Shown: piece by piece, positions 8,909 through 19,563 of the stretch | Numbering within the stretch: position 1 is the stretch's first letter | How the letters are laid out: the number at the start of each line of letters is the position of its first letter | NCBI GenBank assembly: GCA_949290515.1 | Contig: CASERZ010000002.1 | Location: 75,221-139,220 of the forward strand | Reading direction: 5' to 3' | Length of the DNA: 64,000 bases | Source of the DNA: an uncultured Christensenella sp. | GTDB lineage: Bacteria; Bacillota; Clostridia; Christensenellales; UBA3700 | Notes under the pieces: model-generated | Told to the model about the DNA's origin: nothing | What the model saw: only the letters and a program-made list of their open reading frames with translations | Databases searched by the model: none | Position numbers and translations under genes: made by a program

Positions 8909-11539
8909 TTACATATTTTTGAGATTGTTGAGTTCGGCAATCAGCTTGCTCTCCTGCTCTTTGTAAGCTGCGAGTTTTGCCTGCTCTTTATCAATGAGAG
9001 CTTTGGGAGCTTTGGCTACGAAACCTTGGTTTGCCAAAAGTTTGCTACTTCTCTCGACTTCTGCAACTATTTTTGCGTGCTCCTGAGTAAGCCTTTGAAT
9101 TTCCTTGTCGATGTCCACGAGGTCTCCGAGGGGTACCGCGATTTCTCCGAAGCTTCCGAACAGCGATACGAGCTTTTGTCCTATACCGCTCTTATCCTCT
9201 ACGAATTGCGCGTTGTCAACGCTTGCAAGTCGCATAATATAAGCTACGTCCTTAGGATTGATACTGCTGTTTACGAGATAAACGCTTACCTTTTTGGAAG
9301 GAGCTACGCCCTTTTCCGCTTTCATATTACGGATAGCCTTGATAGCATCCATCGCATAGGAAAACTCCGTGCTTTCCTTTGTGTAGTTGTATTTTTTGTT
9401 GACTACGGGCCACGAAGCAACCGCTACGCTCTTGCTCTTCTTTGCAAGAGGCAAATTTCTGTAAATCTCGTCCGTAACGAAAGGTACGAAAGGATGCATC
9501 AGTTTGAGAATTTCAGACAATACGTATACGAGTACTGTGAGAGTGTTGGCTTTCTTGTCCTCGCTGTCGCCGTAAAGTGCCGACTTTGTAAGCTCTATGT
9601 ACCAGTCGCAGAATTCCGTCCATACGAAGTCGTAGAGTTTTGCCGCAGCATTTCCCAGTTCGTATTTTTCGAGGTTGAGAGTAACTTCCTTGATTGCCTT
9701 GTTAAGACGGGAAAGTATCCATTTGTCGGCATTCGTAAGTCTGAACGAACCCATTTCTTTAAGTCTTACGCCCTTTGAGTTGAGAAGCACGAAACGCGAA
9801 GCGTTCCAGAGTTTGTTCATAAAGTTACGCGCAAACTCCGTCTTCTGGTCGGTGTATCTCGTATCGTTGCCGGGGGCAAGACCCTGTACGAGTGAAAATC
9901 TCAGGCTGTCCGCGCCGTAGTTTTCGATAATCTCCAACGGGTCGATACCGTTGCCCAAAGACTTGCTCATCTTTCTGCCCTGATTATCTCTTACGATACC
10001 GTGAATAAGCACTTCGGGGAAAGGTATTTCGCCCATATGCTCTATACCCGAGAATATCATTCTCGCTACCCAGAAGAATATGATGTCGTAAGCCGTAACC
10101 AAAAGGCTGTTGGGATAGAAGTACTTGAGGTCTTCCGTCTTGTCGGGATAACCGAGCGTAGAGAAAGGCCACAGTGCGCTCGAGAACCACGTGTCGAGCA
10201 CGTCCTCGTCCTGACGCACGTGCTTAGAGCCGCACTTGGGGCATACGGTAACCTCTTGTTTGCTTACTGTCATCTCGCCGCAATCGTCGCAGTAATATGC
10301 GGGTATTCTGTGTCCCCACCAAAGCTGACGCGATATGCACCAGTCCTTGATATTCTCCATCCAGTTGAAGTAAACCTTGCTGAATCTGTCGGGGATAAAT
10401 TCTACTTTTTTCTTTCTTACAACGTCGATAGCGGGTTTTGCCAAAGGCTGCATTTTTACAAACCACTGCTTGCTTACGATAGGCTCTACGGTCGAATGAC
10501 AACGGTAGCACTCTCCTACGTTGTGCTTGTAGTCCTCTATTCTTACCATATAGCCCTGCTCTTGCAAGTCTTTGCAAACAGCTTCTCTTGCTGCCTGTCT
10601 GTCAAGTCCCTGATACTTGCCGGCTTTTTCGTTCATACTGCCGTCGTCGTTCATAACTCTGATAACTTCGAGGTTGTGTCTGAGTCCCACTTCGAAGTCG
10701 TTAGGGTCGTGCGCGGGAGTAATCTTAACCGCACCGCTACCGAAGTCCGTCTCTACGTATTCGTCGGCGATTACGGGAATTTGCTTGTTGAGAAGAGGAA
10801 GGATAAGCATCTTGCCTACCATATCCGTATATCTCTCGTCTTTAGGGTTGACGGCTACCGCGGTATCTCCGAGCATAGTTTCGGGACGAGTGGTAGCGAC
10901 TACGATTTCACCGCTTCCGTCAGCGAGAGGATAGCGGATATGCCACAAATGGCTGTCCTGCTCCTTGTATTCAACTTCTGCGTCGCTGAGCGCGGTCTTA
11001 CAGCAAGGACACCAGTTGATTATTCTGTCGCCCTTGTATATAAGTCCTTTTTCGTAAAGATTGACAAACACTTCCTTGACGGCACGCGAGCACTTCTCGT
11101 CCATAGTGAAAGCTTCTCTCGACCAGTCGCAGGACGCACCGAGCTTCTTGAGCTGTTCGACTATTCTTCCGCCGTACTTGTTTTTCCAAGCCCACGCACG
11201 CTCGAGGAATCCCTCTCTGCCGATATCCTGTTTTGTCAAGCCTTCCTTTTTCATCTGCTCGACGATTTTTACTTCCGTAGCAATGGACGCGTGGTCAGTG
11301 CCGGGAAGCCACAAAGTGCTGAAGCCCTGCATTCTTTTAAATCTCACAATTACGTCCTGAATAGTATCGTTGAGCGCGTGTCCCATATGAAGCTGTCCCG
11401 TTATGTTGGGAGGGGGAATAACTATCGTAAAGGGGTCCTTTTTAGGGTCGACTTTGGCTTTGAAGTAGCCCTTGTCTATCCACTCCTTGTACAGTCTGTC
11501 CTCAAACTCTTTGGGATTGTAAGTCTTTGCCATTTCCAT
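8909..11539 (-). CDS. valS: Valine--tRNA ligase
   Basis: Carries the class I motifs [15 protein letters not shown] (HIGH) and KMSKSLGN (KMSKS) and a C-terminal coiled coil. I place the start at ATG 11539 ([13 protein letters not shown]) with GAGG 9 nt upstream. The track's longer ORF (to 11596) overlaps the upstream gene. Confidence 0.95.
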   Translation of the reverse strand: MEMAKTYNPKEFEDRLYKEWIDKGYFKAKVDPKKDPFTIVIPPPNITGQLHMGHALNDTIQDVIVRFKRMQGFSTLWLPGTDHASIATEVKIVEQMKKEGLTKQDIGREGFLERAWAWKNKYGGRIVEQLKKLGASCDWSREAFTMDEKCSRAVKEVFVNLYEKGLIYKGDRIINWCPCCKTALSDAEVEYKEQDSHLWHIRYPLADGSGEIVVATTRPETMLGDTAVAVNPKDERYTDMVGKMLILPLLNKQIPVIADEYVETDFGSGAVKITPAHDPNDFEVGLRHNLEVIRVMNDDGSMNEKAGKYQGLDRQAAREAVCKDLQEQGYMVRIEDYKHNVGECYRCHSTVEPIVSKQWFVKMQPLAKPAIDVVRKKKVEFIPDRFSKVYFNWMENIKDWCISRQLWWGHRIPAYYCDDCGEMTVSKQEVTVCPKCGSKHVRQDEDVLDTWFSSALWPFSTLGYPDKTEDLKYFYPNSLLVTAYDIIFFWVARMIFSGIEHMGEIPFPEVLIHGIVRDNQGRKMSKSLGNGIDPLEIIENYGADSLRFSLVQGLAPGNDTRYTDQKTEFARNFMNKLWNASRFVLLNSKGVRLKEMGSFRLTNADKWILSRLNKAIKEVTLNLEKYELGNAAAKLYDFVWTEFCDWYIELTKSALYGDSEDKKANTLTVLVYVLSEILKLMHPFVPFVTDEIYRNLPLAKKSKSVAVASWPVVNKKYNYTKESTEFSYAMDAIKAIRNMKAEKGVAPSKKVSVYLVNSSINPKDVAYIMRLASVDNAQFVEDKSGIGQKLVSLFGSFGEIAVPLGDLVDIDKEIQRLTQEHAKIVAEVERSSKLLANQGFVAKAPKALIDKEQAKLAAYKEQESKLIAELNNLKNM

Positions 11540-11592
11540 ATCGCATTTCCTCTTTTTCTTTATATGCCTGAAAAACTTTTTTATCGACTTTA

Positions 11593-11853
11593 TCAATATT
11601 GCATTTTGACTATAGCTACGAGCATACCTATGAGCATAACTCCCAGCGAAACGTACTTGAATGACATATATACCATTTCCACATTGTCGTTTTCGCCCTT
11701 TTCCCTGCGCTTTTTGGCAATCGAATTGGCAATAGGTCTACTGCAAAAACTGAGTATCAGACCTACGAGCATAATGCAAAGTCCCGCGATTACCGCAGGC
11801 TGAGTAAATCTGTCCCAGTGAAATTCGAATGCCATCGTAAGTAAGTTGTTCAT
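11593..11853 (-). CDS. Small hypothetical membrane protein
   Basis: 86 aa with two hydrophobic segments. AAGAGGAA lies upstream of the ATG. Confidence 0.5.
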   Translation of the reverse strand: MNNLLTMAFEFHWDRFTQPAVIAGLCIMLVGLILSFCSRPIANSIAKKRREKGENDNVEMVYMSFKYVSLGVMLIGMLVAIVKMQY

Positions 11854-11925
11854 ATCGTTCCTCTTATAGTCGCGGGCAGTAGATTAAATATTTGACTTTC
11901 TGCCCGAATGTTTTTGTTTTAAAAT

Positions 11926-12660
11926 TTACTTTTCCGACTTATCGTCTATGCTGTCGGCTTGAGCGTCGCTTTCGGAGATATCGGATTGAGCATCGTCTTC
12001 TTGCGACTTCTCTTCTCTTTCGACTACCTCAGGCAAGGGATTGCCCAACCTGTCGAGTTTGTCGAGTATACCGCTCTCGCGTACCTTTCTCAATTGACCG
12101 TTGTAAATTACCGTATACTGCACCGCTGCGATTATCGCAAGAATACTGCCTACGGCAAGAATGGCTGTATCTACGTAAAATACTATCTCGTGCAAGCCTG
12201 CGAAAAACGCCAAAGCTATACCGATAAAATAGATAGCCGCACCGGCTTTGCCGACTTTGTTGGACTTCTGCTCTACCTGTCGCTTGCTGGCTCTCATATA
12301 GTACTTGGACGTAGCGCCCATATAGATTTCTTTTACTATAATTACTACTGCAAAAATCCAGTGGAGATTTCCGCAAATACACAGCATCAGCATAGCTACA
12401 CACTGCAAAACCTTGTCCGCGATAGGGTCGAGAATTTTGCCTATATCGCTGATTTGATTGAAGTGTCTTGCGATATATCCGTCGCATACGTCGGTGATTT
12501 CTGCAAAAACAAAAATGCCTATGCCTGCCCAAAGATATTTGAGCGCGTCCTTATCCGCAGCATACTCCGCCATCATCCATACGAAGAAAGGAATGGCTAT
12601 AAGACGTATATAAGTGAGTATATTGGGAATCGTAAACAATTCTTCTTTTTTAAATTTCAT
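11926..12660 (-). CDS. pgsA: CDP-alcohol phosphatidyltransferase (PgsA-like)
   Basis: Signature D-x2-DG-x2-AR...G-x3-D-x3-D is present as DVCDGYIARHFNQISDIGKILDPIADK. The protein is multi-pass with an acidic C-terminal tail. Confidence 0.75.
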   Translation of the reverse strand: MKFKKEELFTIPNILTYIRLIAIPFFVWMMAEYAADKDALKYLWAGIGIFVFAEITDVCDGYIARHFNQISDIGKILDPIADKVLQCVAMLMLCICGNLHWIFAVVIIVKEIYMGATSKYYMRASKRQVEQKSNKVGKAGAAIYFIGIALAFFAGLHEIVFYVDTAILAVGSILAIIAAVQYTVIYNGQLRKVRESGILDKLDRLGNPLPEVVEREEKSQEDDAQSDISESDAQADSIDDKSEK

Positions 12661-12888
12661 AATGACCTCAAAAGCATTAGTGGGACTTTATTATATCATA
12701 TCGGAAAAAGATATACAATAATTTTAATACAAAATATAAATATAAATATTTTATATAAAGCGTAAAATCTTTGCCCGCGCAAGCCTTACACCGCGCCGAA
12801 GTATTTACAATGATTTATTCGGCTTGTCTTTTCTAACACTTCCCGCGCCCCGCTCATATAATGTATTGACCAAATTCAGGAGGTAATA

Positions 12889-13890
12889 ATGAAAAAAACC
12901 ATTTGCATAACGCTTATGCTCGCGCTATTGGTTGTGTCGTGCGTAGGCGTATTCGGCGGTTGCCAAAACGACGACCCCGACCACATAAAACTCATTGAAG
13001 TAACTCACTCCGTTTTCTATGCGCCTCTCTACGTCGCGCTTGACGGCGGATATTTCGAAGAAGAGGGACTGACCATAGAACTGACAAACGGCGGCGGCGC
13101 AGACAAATGTATGACTTCCGTAATTGCCGGACAGTCCGACATAGGTCTTATGGGCCCCGAAGCGGCAATATACATTTACAACGAAGGCAGAAGCGACTAC
13201 CCTGTCATATTCGGACAGCTTACCAAAAAAGACGGTTCCTTCCTTATGGCAAGGACGGATATGCCCGATTTCCAATGGACGGATATAGCCGGTAAAGAAG
13301 TTATCGGCGGCAGAAAAGGCGGCGTACCCGCAATGGCTCTCGAATACGCAATCAAAAAAGCTGGCTTGATAGACGGCAGAGATTACACTATGAATTACGA
13401 CGTGCAGTACGACCTTATCGGTCCCGCTTTCGAAGGCGGTACGGGTGACTTCTGTACTATGTTCGAACCCGCCGCGTCAAATATGCAAAAAGCCGGCAGC
13501 GGATATATCGTAGCTTCCGTAGGTCAACAGGCTGGAGATATGCCCTTTACTGCGTTTATGGCTACTCAGAGCTATATAGCCGAACACCGCGAACAAGTCG
13601 ATAAGTTCGTGCGCGCTATAATAAAAGCTATGGACTTCGTCAACACCTCGTCAGCCGAAGATATAGCCAAAGTACTCGCACCCTCTTTCGACGGCACCGA
13701 CCTCGCTACTCTCGCCAACTCCATTCAGGCGTACAAGGATATAGGCGCGTACTCAACCACTCCCGTAATGGCTAAAGAAGATTTCGAACTTCTTCAGGAC
13801 GTAATAATCGACGCGGGAGTTATGACCAAACGAGCCGACTTCGACAAACTCGTAAACAACTCTATAGCAGAGGCTTTGCTCGCTCAATAA
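12889..13890 (+). CDS. ABC transporter substrate-binding lipoprotein (NMT1/THI5-like, NitT/TauT family)
   Basis: 333 aa with a signal peptide and lipobox (FGGC). The overall pattern is NMT1-like. GGAGG lies upstream. Confidence 0.8.
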   Translation: MKKTICITLMLALLVVSCVGVFGGCQNDDPDHIKLIEVTHSVFYAPLYVALDGGYFEEEGLTIELTNGGGADKCMTSVIAGQSDIGLMGPEAAIYIYNEGRSDYPVIFGQLTKKDGSFLMARTDMPDFQWTDIAGKEVIGGRKGGVPAMALEYAIKKAGLIDGRDYTMNYDVQYDLIGPAFEGGTGDFCTMFEPAASNMQKAGSGYIVASVGQQAGDMPFTAFMATQSYIAEHREQVDKFVRAIIKAMDFVNTSSAEDIAKVLAPSFDGTDLATLANSIQAYKDIGAYSTTPVMAKEDFELLQDVIIDAGVMTKRADFDKLVNNSIAEALLAQ

Positions 13891-13910
13891 CTCACTCAAA
13901 AGAGGTAAAT

Positions 13911-14708
13911 ATGAACACTGTCTTACAAATGCAAAACGTATCTTTGACATACCATACGCTCAAAAACGAAACGCAGGCTGTCAAAGATTTGAGTTTAGAA
14001 GGATACGAAGGCGAGCTTTTGGGAATAGTCGGTCCGAGCGGCTGCGGTAAGACAACCATTCTCTCGCTTTTGTCGGGAATACTCTCCCCTACAAGGGGAG
14101 AGGTACTGATTTGCAATCAAAAGGCAAACTGTCAATCCAATCTCACGGGCTATATGCTTCAGAGGGACGAGTTGCTCTCGTGGCGGACGATTCTCAACAA
14201 CGTCCTTTTAGGGCTGGAGATTAAAAAACAAAAAACTCCCGAGAAAATCGAGTATGCCGTCAGTCTTCTGGAAAAATACAACCTCAAGGAGTTCAAAGAC
14301 TTCTATCCCAATCAGCTTTCGGGCGGAATGAAACAGCGTGTCGCGCTTATACGTACGCTCGTCCTCGAGCCTAAGCTTTTGTTGCTGGACGAACCATTTT
14401 CCGCACTCGACTTCCAGACAAGGCTCAACGTCGTAGAGGACGTATACTCTATCCTGAAAAGCGAGGGAAAGAGCGCAGTCTTTGTCACTCACGACATAAG
14501 CGAAGCCATCTCGATGTGCGACAGAGTAATAGTACTGTCTCACAGACCGTGCTCGGTCAAAGCGGAAATAGACCTTTCGCCGCTCAAAGAATACACGCCT
14601 TTAAAGCGCAGAGAGCTGCCCGTATTCAGCGGATACTTCGACAGTATCTGGCGCAGCTTGCAGGATACCAAGGAGAAAGAAAATGAAAAAGAGATTACGC
14701 AAAACTAA
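13911..14708 (+). CDS. ABC transporter ATP-binding protein (NitT/TauT family)
   Basis: Walker A GPSGCGKTT, signature LSGGMKQRV and Walker B LLLDEPFSALD are all present. Confidence 0.9.
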   Translation: MNTVLQMQNVSLTYHTLKNETQAVKDLSLEGYEGELLGIVGPSGCGKTTILSLLSGILSPTRGEVLICNQKANCQSNLTGYMLQRDELLSWRTILNNVLLGLEIKKQKTPEKIEYAVSLLEKYNLKEFKDFYPNQLSGGMKQRVALIRTLVLEPKLLLLDEPFSALDFQTRLNVVEDVYSILKSEGKSAVFVTHDISEAISMCDRVIVLSHRPCSVKAEIDLSPLKEYTPLKRRELPVFSGYFDSIWRSLQDTKEKENEKEITQN

Positions 14709-15516
14709 CGTCCCCGACATATCCGCCGAACACGCGGCTTATCTCAAAGGGCAAAAGAAAAAGAATATTATCGTGACGCTTGCGCGAGCAGGCATTCTGG
14801 TATTTGTAATACTGCTGTGGGAAATTCTTGCCCGAACGGGTGCGATAGACAGCTTTATATCCTCCTCTCCGTCGAGGATGCTAAGCTGCTTTGTCGACCT
14901 CGTCAAAGGGGGAGAACTTGCTAAGCACGTAGGCATCACGCTTTGGGAAACGGTAGTCAGCTTTTTCCTTGCGACTACTCTCGGAACGCTGACGGCAGTG
15001 CTTCTGTGGTGGTTCGAGAGTGTAAGAAAAATACTCGAGCCATATATCGTAGTACTCAATGCCCTGCCTAAAATCGCACTGGGTCCGATTATCATTATTT
15101 GGATGGGCACCGACCAGCCCGCCATAATCACTATGGCTCTCGCTATCTCGCTGTTTATAACCATACTCAACACCCTGAGCGGTTTTCTCAGCGTAGAAAA
15201 AAGCAAGCTTATGCTGATGAAAACACTCGGTGCGACCAAGTGGCAAACGCTTACAAAACTTGTCCTTCCGTACAATCTTCCCAACATAATCGACGCTCTT
15301 AAAATCAACGTCGGTATGTGCTGGGTAGGTACGATTATGGGTGAATACCTCGTTTCGCACGCGGGACTGGGATACCTCATCATCTACGGCGGACAGATAT
15401 TCAAACTCGACCTCGTTATGACCAGTACCGTAATACTCTGCTTCCTTGCGGGGCTTATGTACTATGCCGTAGCGTTGCTTCAAAAATTCGTCAGCAAAAA
15501 ACTCAATCTCGACTGA
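14683..15516 (+). CDS. ABC transporter permease
   Basis: 277 aa, multi-pass, BPD-type. AAGGAG lies 7 nt upstream. It overlaps the ATPase gene by 26 nt. Confidence 0.88.
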   Translation: MKKRLRKTNVPDISAEHAAYLKGQKKKNIIVTLARAGILVFVILLWEILARTGAIDSFISSSPSRMLSCFVDLVKGGELAKHVGITLWETVVSFFLATTLGTLTAVLLWWFESVRKILEPYIVVLNALPKIALGPIIIIWMGTDQPAIITMALAISLFITILNTLSGFLSVEKSKLMLMKTLGATKWQTLTKLVLPYNLPNIIDALKINVGMCWVGTIMGEYLVSHAGLGYLIIYGGQIFKLDLVMTSTVILCFLAGLMYYAVALLQKFVSKKLNLD

Positions 15517-16648
15517 ACTTCGCCAAAGACTTTTCAGTCTTTGGCGTTTTGCCCTGTAATGACTGTTCTTTGCCCTGTAACGACTGCTCTTTGCTCGGCA
15601 ATCGGGCAAGTATGCCGTCGGCGGGAAGGTTAAATTCGATAGCGCGGTTGCTCGCGCTTGCGGCTTTTATCTCCCGCACGCGTTTTACTCTTAAGACAAT
15701 TTTATACGCTATCGGCAATACGCTCATAAAAATCAGATACGCTATGCCCGCATAACCTATCGCGGGATAAACCACGGCTACCGCGCGCGCAAAATTCAGT
15801 CTTACGCCTATAAAGGTAGTTATTATCAACATAACCACGCTGAAAGCTTTGGGAATTTTCAAAGCGTCGTTTTCCTGACAGACGAGTTTTGCGCACCCTA
15901 TCAAAGTCGTGAATACCGCCAGATAAATTACCGCACCGCTGACGCCCTTGAGATTGTTGATTTTGGCAAATTCGTAGACAGGCATAGAAAAGTTGGAAAA
16001 CTTTGCGGATACAGCAAATACGATGGCTACCGCCGAAGCGAAAACCGCCGCCGTAAACACAGACGTGAATACGCACTCTCTGACGGTAAATTTCTCTCTT
16101 TGCTCGGCAAGCAGATACCCGCCCGTCATTACGTTCATACAAGCGTAAGAAAGCACCTTAAACAGCGAAAACTTCCCTGCTTGAGGAGTAGCACAATCCT
16201 TTGCAAGCACAAGCAAAAGCACGATGATTACGGGTACGAGCGCAAGGTTGAATTTCTGCATTACCCGCATATCTAAAAGTGCGACGAAACTCACGAAAAG
16301 CCCCGTCCACACGCCTACGTTTTTTATGCCGAAACTTTGGGATATAATTTCTTCACACGCGCTTATCATACACAAAAATGTCGCGTATGTGGCGATATAA
16401 AGACAAATCTTTATTGCTATGCACACACCTTTCGCCGCTTTTGAAGTACTGTTTAAAAGTATGGAAAAAGTCCTCGAAGAAAACAAAAAAATACCTGCCA
16501 AAAGCCCCATAAGCGCACCGCCTGCCGCGGCGCAGACTATTCCGCTGTCCCCGAAGTACAGCATTACCTCTCTGCCCGTCGCAAAGCCCGCGCCTATCAC
16601 CGCGCCTATATAAGTAAAACTCACTGAAAAACATTTGAACAATCGCAT
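15503..16648 (-). CDS. YkvI-like membrane protein (putative transporter)
   Basis: 381 aa. The N-terminal YIGAVIGAGFATGREVMLYF resembles the YkvI family. About 10 hydrophobic segments. The C-terminal tail carries a KEQSLQG x2 repeat. Confidence 0.55.
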   Translation of the reverse strand: MRLFKCFSVSFTYIGAVIGAGFATGREVMLYFGDSGIVCAAAGGALMGLLAGIFLFSSRTFSILLNSTSKAAKGVCIAIKICLYIATYATFLCMISACEEIISQSFGIKNVGVWTGLFVSFVALLDMRVMQKFNLALVPVIIVLLLVLAKDCATPQAGKFSLFKVLSYACMNVMTGGYLLAEQREKFTVRECVFTSVFTAAVFASAVAIVFAVSAKFSNFSMPVYEFAKINNLKGVSGAVIYLAVFTTLIGCAKLVCQENDALKIPKAFSVVMLIITTFIGVRLNFARAVAVVYPAIGYAGIAYLIFMSVLPIAYKIVLRVKRVREIKAASASNRAIEFNLPADGILARLPSKEQSLQGKEQSLQGKTPKTEKSLAKFSRD

Positions 16649-16698
16649 ACCATAATATATGCCGATTGTCCTCTGCGTATGTAAATATTAAACCGACC

Positions 16699-18480
16699 TC
16701 AGCCGCGCATTATCAAATCTTCCATTTCCTGCGCATAAGCGAAAGCCTTCCTGCAAAATGCCGTTTCTCTGCCCTCTTCGATATTGTCGAGCATATCTTC
16801 TTTGAAGATATACAAAAAGTCGAGAGTAGCTTTTCTGTCCGAGCAGAAAGAGAAAAATTCGGGTGAATTCTGCATCCCCTCGAATTTGAGAAGCAGCCAG
16901 AATACAGCCAGTACGGGAGCGTGCGAATAATCTCTTTTGAGAAGCGTATAGAATTTTTTGATAAACGAAGTCTTGCTCTTTCCGTCCCTGAGTATGCACT
17001 GCGCAAAGTACATCGAGAGCGCGAAAACCACTCCTTCTCTTCCCGCCGATTTATCCAGCGAAGTCATAGGATTTTTGTATACCTTGCCCTCGAATATAAA
17101 CTCTTTCTTTCCAGACAGCGCGGCGAAACAGCCTAACGCGATTATGCGTACAATATAGAAGTAATCGTCGTTGACGATTGCCCCCTTGAGCACCGCCGTA
17201 AGCGGAGCGTAATTTATCTTGTACAGTCCGTACATTATCTGCGCCGTATCTTCAAGCGAAGGCATAGTGTTGACAAGTATTCCTTCAAGCGCGATTATTA
17301 TCTCGCGTATATTTTCTTTTAAATCCTGTTTTGTCTTGCAGTTGTTTATTTTTTCCGCAAGAATTACCGCGAGCATATCGTCCATAGCCGACGACCTCTC
17401 GAGAGAAAGGCTTGTCCCGCTTTTATCTCTTCCTCCGAATTTTTCAAGAAAACAGAGATAGCTCTTTGCCCTGCTGAAAATACCGTAAAGCGCGTCCGCT
17501 TTGTACCAGCAAGCCTGTGCTTTTTCGGGCTGATAATCGTTGTAATAATTGATACCCTCGAGAAGATATCTCTCCTCGCTTTCGTCGTCTTTGTCGAAGG
17601 GATTGTTTTTGCATACGGTATGCCAAAGTTCCTCTTCTCCCTCTCTGTAAAGAGCGGAAAGTCCCATCAGTTCGTCCGTACTCAAATCGTCCTTTTGCGC
17701 TATAAAATCTTTGAGAGTCTGGTAAATCTCCGTCTTACCCTTGCTTCTCGCGCCCAGAAGTATGTCGAGCATAGCCTCTATATAGAGATTTTGAGCCATA
17801 CATTCCTTGCAGTATTCGTATGCCTTGTCGTAATCTCCCAGTTCGAGATAAGCCCTTACGTACGTTACGCTGACGGATAGAATCGTATGCTTTTTGACGT
17901 GTCTTCTCTTTATTTTGTCGAGTATTTCCACGCTGCGCTCAGCCCGTCCCGAATTAAGTTCTCCGTTGGCTTTGACGTTTGCGACAAAAGTGCGGTAATC
18001 GTTGTCTTCGAGAGTGTACAGAAGTTTACCGTCCTTGTGATAGCTGACCTGACCGTTGGAATACTCCACGAAATCGTCGGCTTCCTCTCCGTCTTGCAAA
18101 GCGTCCTCGTCGCGGTTGTTATCCTGAAGGAATTTGATAAAGCGTTTTTCCTCGTCCTTGTCGAATTTGGTAAGCAGACTGAAAGTATCGCTCATACCTC
18201 TCGTATCTCTCAGCTGAACGTAATCCCTCTCCAGTATGCGCAGAATATCCTGCACGTAATCCATATCCAAAAGCAGTTCTCTCAAAATTTTGACAGACAA
18301 AAAGTACTCGCCTTTATCGAAGTAAAAGTACGCGAGATAGATTTTTCTTTGGGCAAGCTCCTGTGCGTCGTCGATATCGGGAAGAGTATAGAGTATGCGC
18401 TTTGCTATACTCTCCTTACGCTCTCCTTTCCACAGTTTGCCGTCCGTATATTCTCTTAGCGTCTGGGGGAATTTAATCAT
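16699..18480 (-). CDS. Hypothetical 593-aa helical-repeat protein
   Basis: Long ORF with coding-like composition. Its ATG overlaps the hslO stop (ATGA at 18477-18480). No family recognised. Confidence 0.7.
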   Translation of the reverse strand: MIKFPQTLREYTDGKLWKGERKESIAKRILYTLPDIDDAQELAQRKIYLAYFYFDKGEYFLSVKILRELLLDMDYVQDILRILERDYVQLRDTRGMSDTFSLLTKFDKDEEKRFIKFLQDNNRDEDALQDGEEADDFVEYSNGQVSYHKDGKLLYTLEDNDYRTFVANVKANGELNSGRAERSVEILDKIKRRHVKKHTILSVSVTYVRAYLELGDYDKAYEYCKECMAQNLYIEAMLDILLGARSKGKTEIYQTLKDFIAQKDDLSTDELMGLSALYREGEEELWHTVCKNNPFDKDDESEERYLLEGINYYNDYQPEKAQACWYKADALYGIFSRAKSYLCFLEKFGGRDKSGTSLSLERSSAMDDMLAVILAEKINNCKTKQDLKENIREIIIALEGILVNTMPSLEDTAQIMYGLYKINYAPLTAVLKGAIVNDDYFYIVRIIALGCFAALSGKKEFIFEGKVYKNPMTSLDKSAGREGVVFALSMYFAQCILRDGKSKTSFIKKFYTLLKRDYSHAPVLAVFWLLLKFEGMQNSPEFFSFCSDRKATLDFLYIFKEDMLDNIEEGRETAFCRKAFAYAQEMEDLIMRG

Positions 18481-19322
18481 TCGAACAACCTTTTCAAATC
18501 CTCTTTGTCAAATACGTATTTTGTGTTGCAAAATTCGCAACCGACTTCGATTTTACCCTCTTTTTCGGCGATATCGAAAGCTTCCTTCTTGCCCAGAGTA
18601 AGCAGCATAGCAGCAATGCGTTCTCTCGAACAACTGCACTTATACTCTTCCTGTATGTCGGGAAGCTGTTTTATCTCGAAGTGTCCGAAGTAATAATCTA
18701 TTATGCCCTGCGCTCCCGTACTCTCGAGCAATGCGGGTACGTCTGTAAAATTGCGCGCGATATCCTCGAGGATTACTATTTCGTCCTCCGAGCAATTGGG
18801 CATAGGCTGAATGATTATTCCGCCCGCCTTTTTGCACTTTCCGTCCTTAAAATCCACTCCGAGCGCAACCGCCGAAGGAAGCTGTTCGGAAACGGTAAAG
18901 TAATACGCAAAGTCCTCGTCTATATTGCCGTTGACAAGGTGCGACAGACCGTTGTAAGGCTCCTTGAGACCGAAGTCCTTGATAATGTTGAGATAACCTT
19001 CTTTTCCTATGATTTCGCTAACGCTGACGTCCTTATCAAGACTTGCGCGCGGATTTTCTATGTATCCTCTGACTTTAGCTCCGTAATCTCCGCAAAGCAC
19101 GGCTTTTCCCCCAAGTCCGTTGCCCTCGATGATTATAGTGAGTTTGTTTGCAGTCCCCTTGAAGTTACCGCTCATAAAAGCAGTCATAGTCAAGGCTTTA
19201 CCCATAGCTCTCGCTACGCTGTCCGAAAAACCGTGTATGTCGGCTGCATCGGCTACGAGTTTTGTCGTATCCAACACGCTTACTATCGCTTTTCCTCCGA
19301 AGAGAATGGCTCTTTTTATCAT
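18477..19322 (-). CDS. hslO: Redox-regulated chaperone Hsp33
   Basis: 281 aa with the C-terminal zinc centre CSC...CEFC (YKCSCSRERI...VGCEFCNTKYVF). Confidence 0.9.
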   Translation of the reverse strand: MIKRAILFGGKAIVSVLDTTKLVADAADIHGFSDSVARAMGKALTMTAFMSGNFKGTANKLTIIIEGNGLGGKAVLCGDYGAKVRGYIENPRASLDKDVSVSEIIGKEGYLNIIKDFGLKEPYNGLSHLVNGNIDEDFAYYFTVSEQLPSAVALGVDFKDGKCKKAGGIIIQPMPNCSEDEIVILEDIARNFTDVPALLESTGAQGIIDYYFGHFEIKQLPDIQEEYKCSCSRERIAAMLLTLGKKEAFDIAEKEGKIEVGCEFCNTKYVFDKEDLKRLFE

Positions 19323-19527
19323 ATTGTCTCCTTTTGAGCTTCAGTCGGGTATCGTTACGTCACGCGCGTACCGCGCGCATTGCGTATTATAATTATCATT
19401 ACAATTATTACAATACATTAAGCGATATCCGCTAAAGCTTTTCTGTCCGTATAAACCGTATTTGCTATATGCCGTATGTTTTGCCGTAACGGCTCTGTAA
19501 TATATCAATCCGACGCGTCACGCCTTT

Positions 19528-19563
19528 AAAAAAAATAATTTTATATTCGCGGGAATATAAAAT
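19528..19563 (-). terminator. Intrinsic terminator after the methyltransferase gene
   Basis: ATTTTATATTC-loop-GAATATAAAAT followed by T8 on the minus strand. Confidence 0.6.

Noticed and set aside
10001-11803. 600-aa plus-strand ORF
   Set aside because: It is antisense to valS and the small membrane gene, and it is a low-complexity translation. ValRS on the minus strand explains the region. The same logic rejects 9026-9778.
12661-12888. TPP (THI-box) riboswitch upstream of the NMT1/THI5-like ABC transporter
   Set aside because: No CTGAGA...ACCTGATCTGGATAATGCCAGCG-type core is present. There are only a few short GC-rich hairpins, and they lie upstream of the likely -10.
15549-15590. 21-bp tandem repeat (TTGCCCTGTAA(T/C)GACTG(T/C)TCT x2)
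   Set aside because: It lies inside the C-terminal tail of the YkvI-like gene and simply encodes KEQSLQG twice. It is a likely slippage duplication in a disordered tail with no regulatory context.
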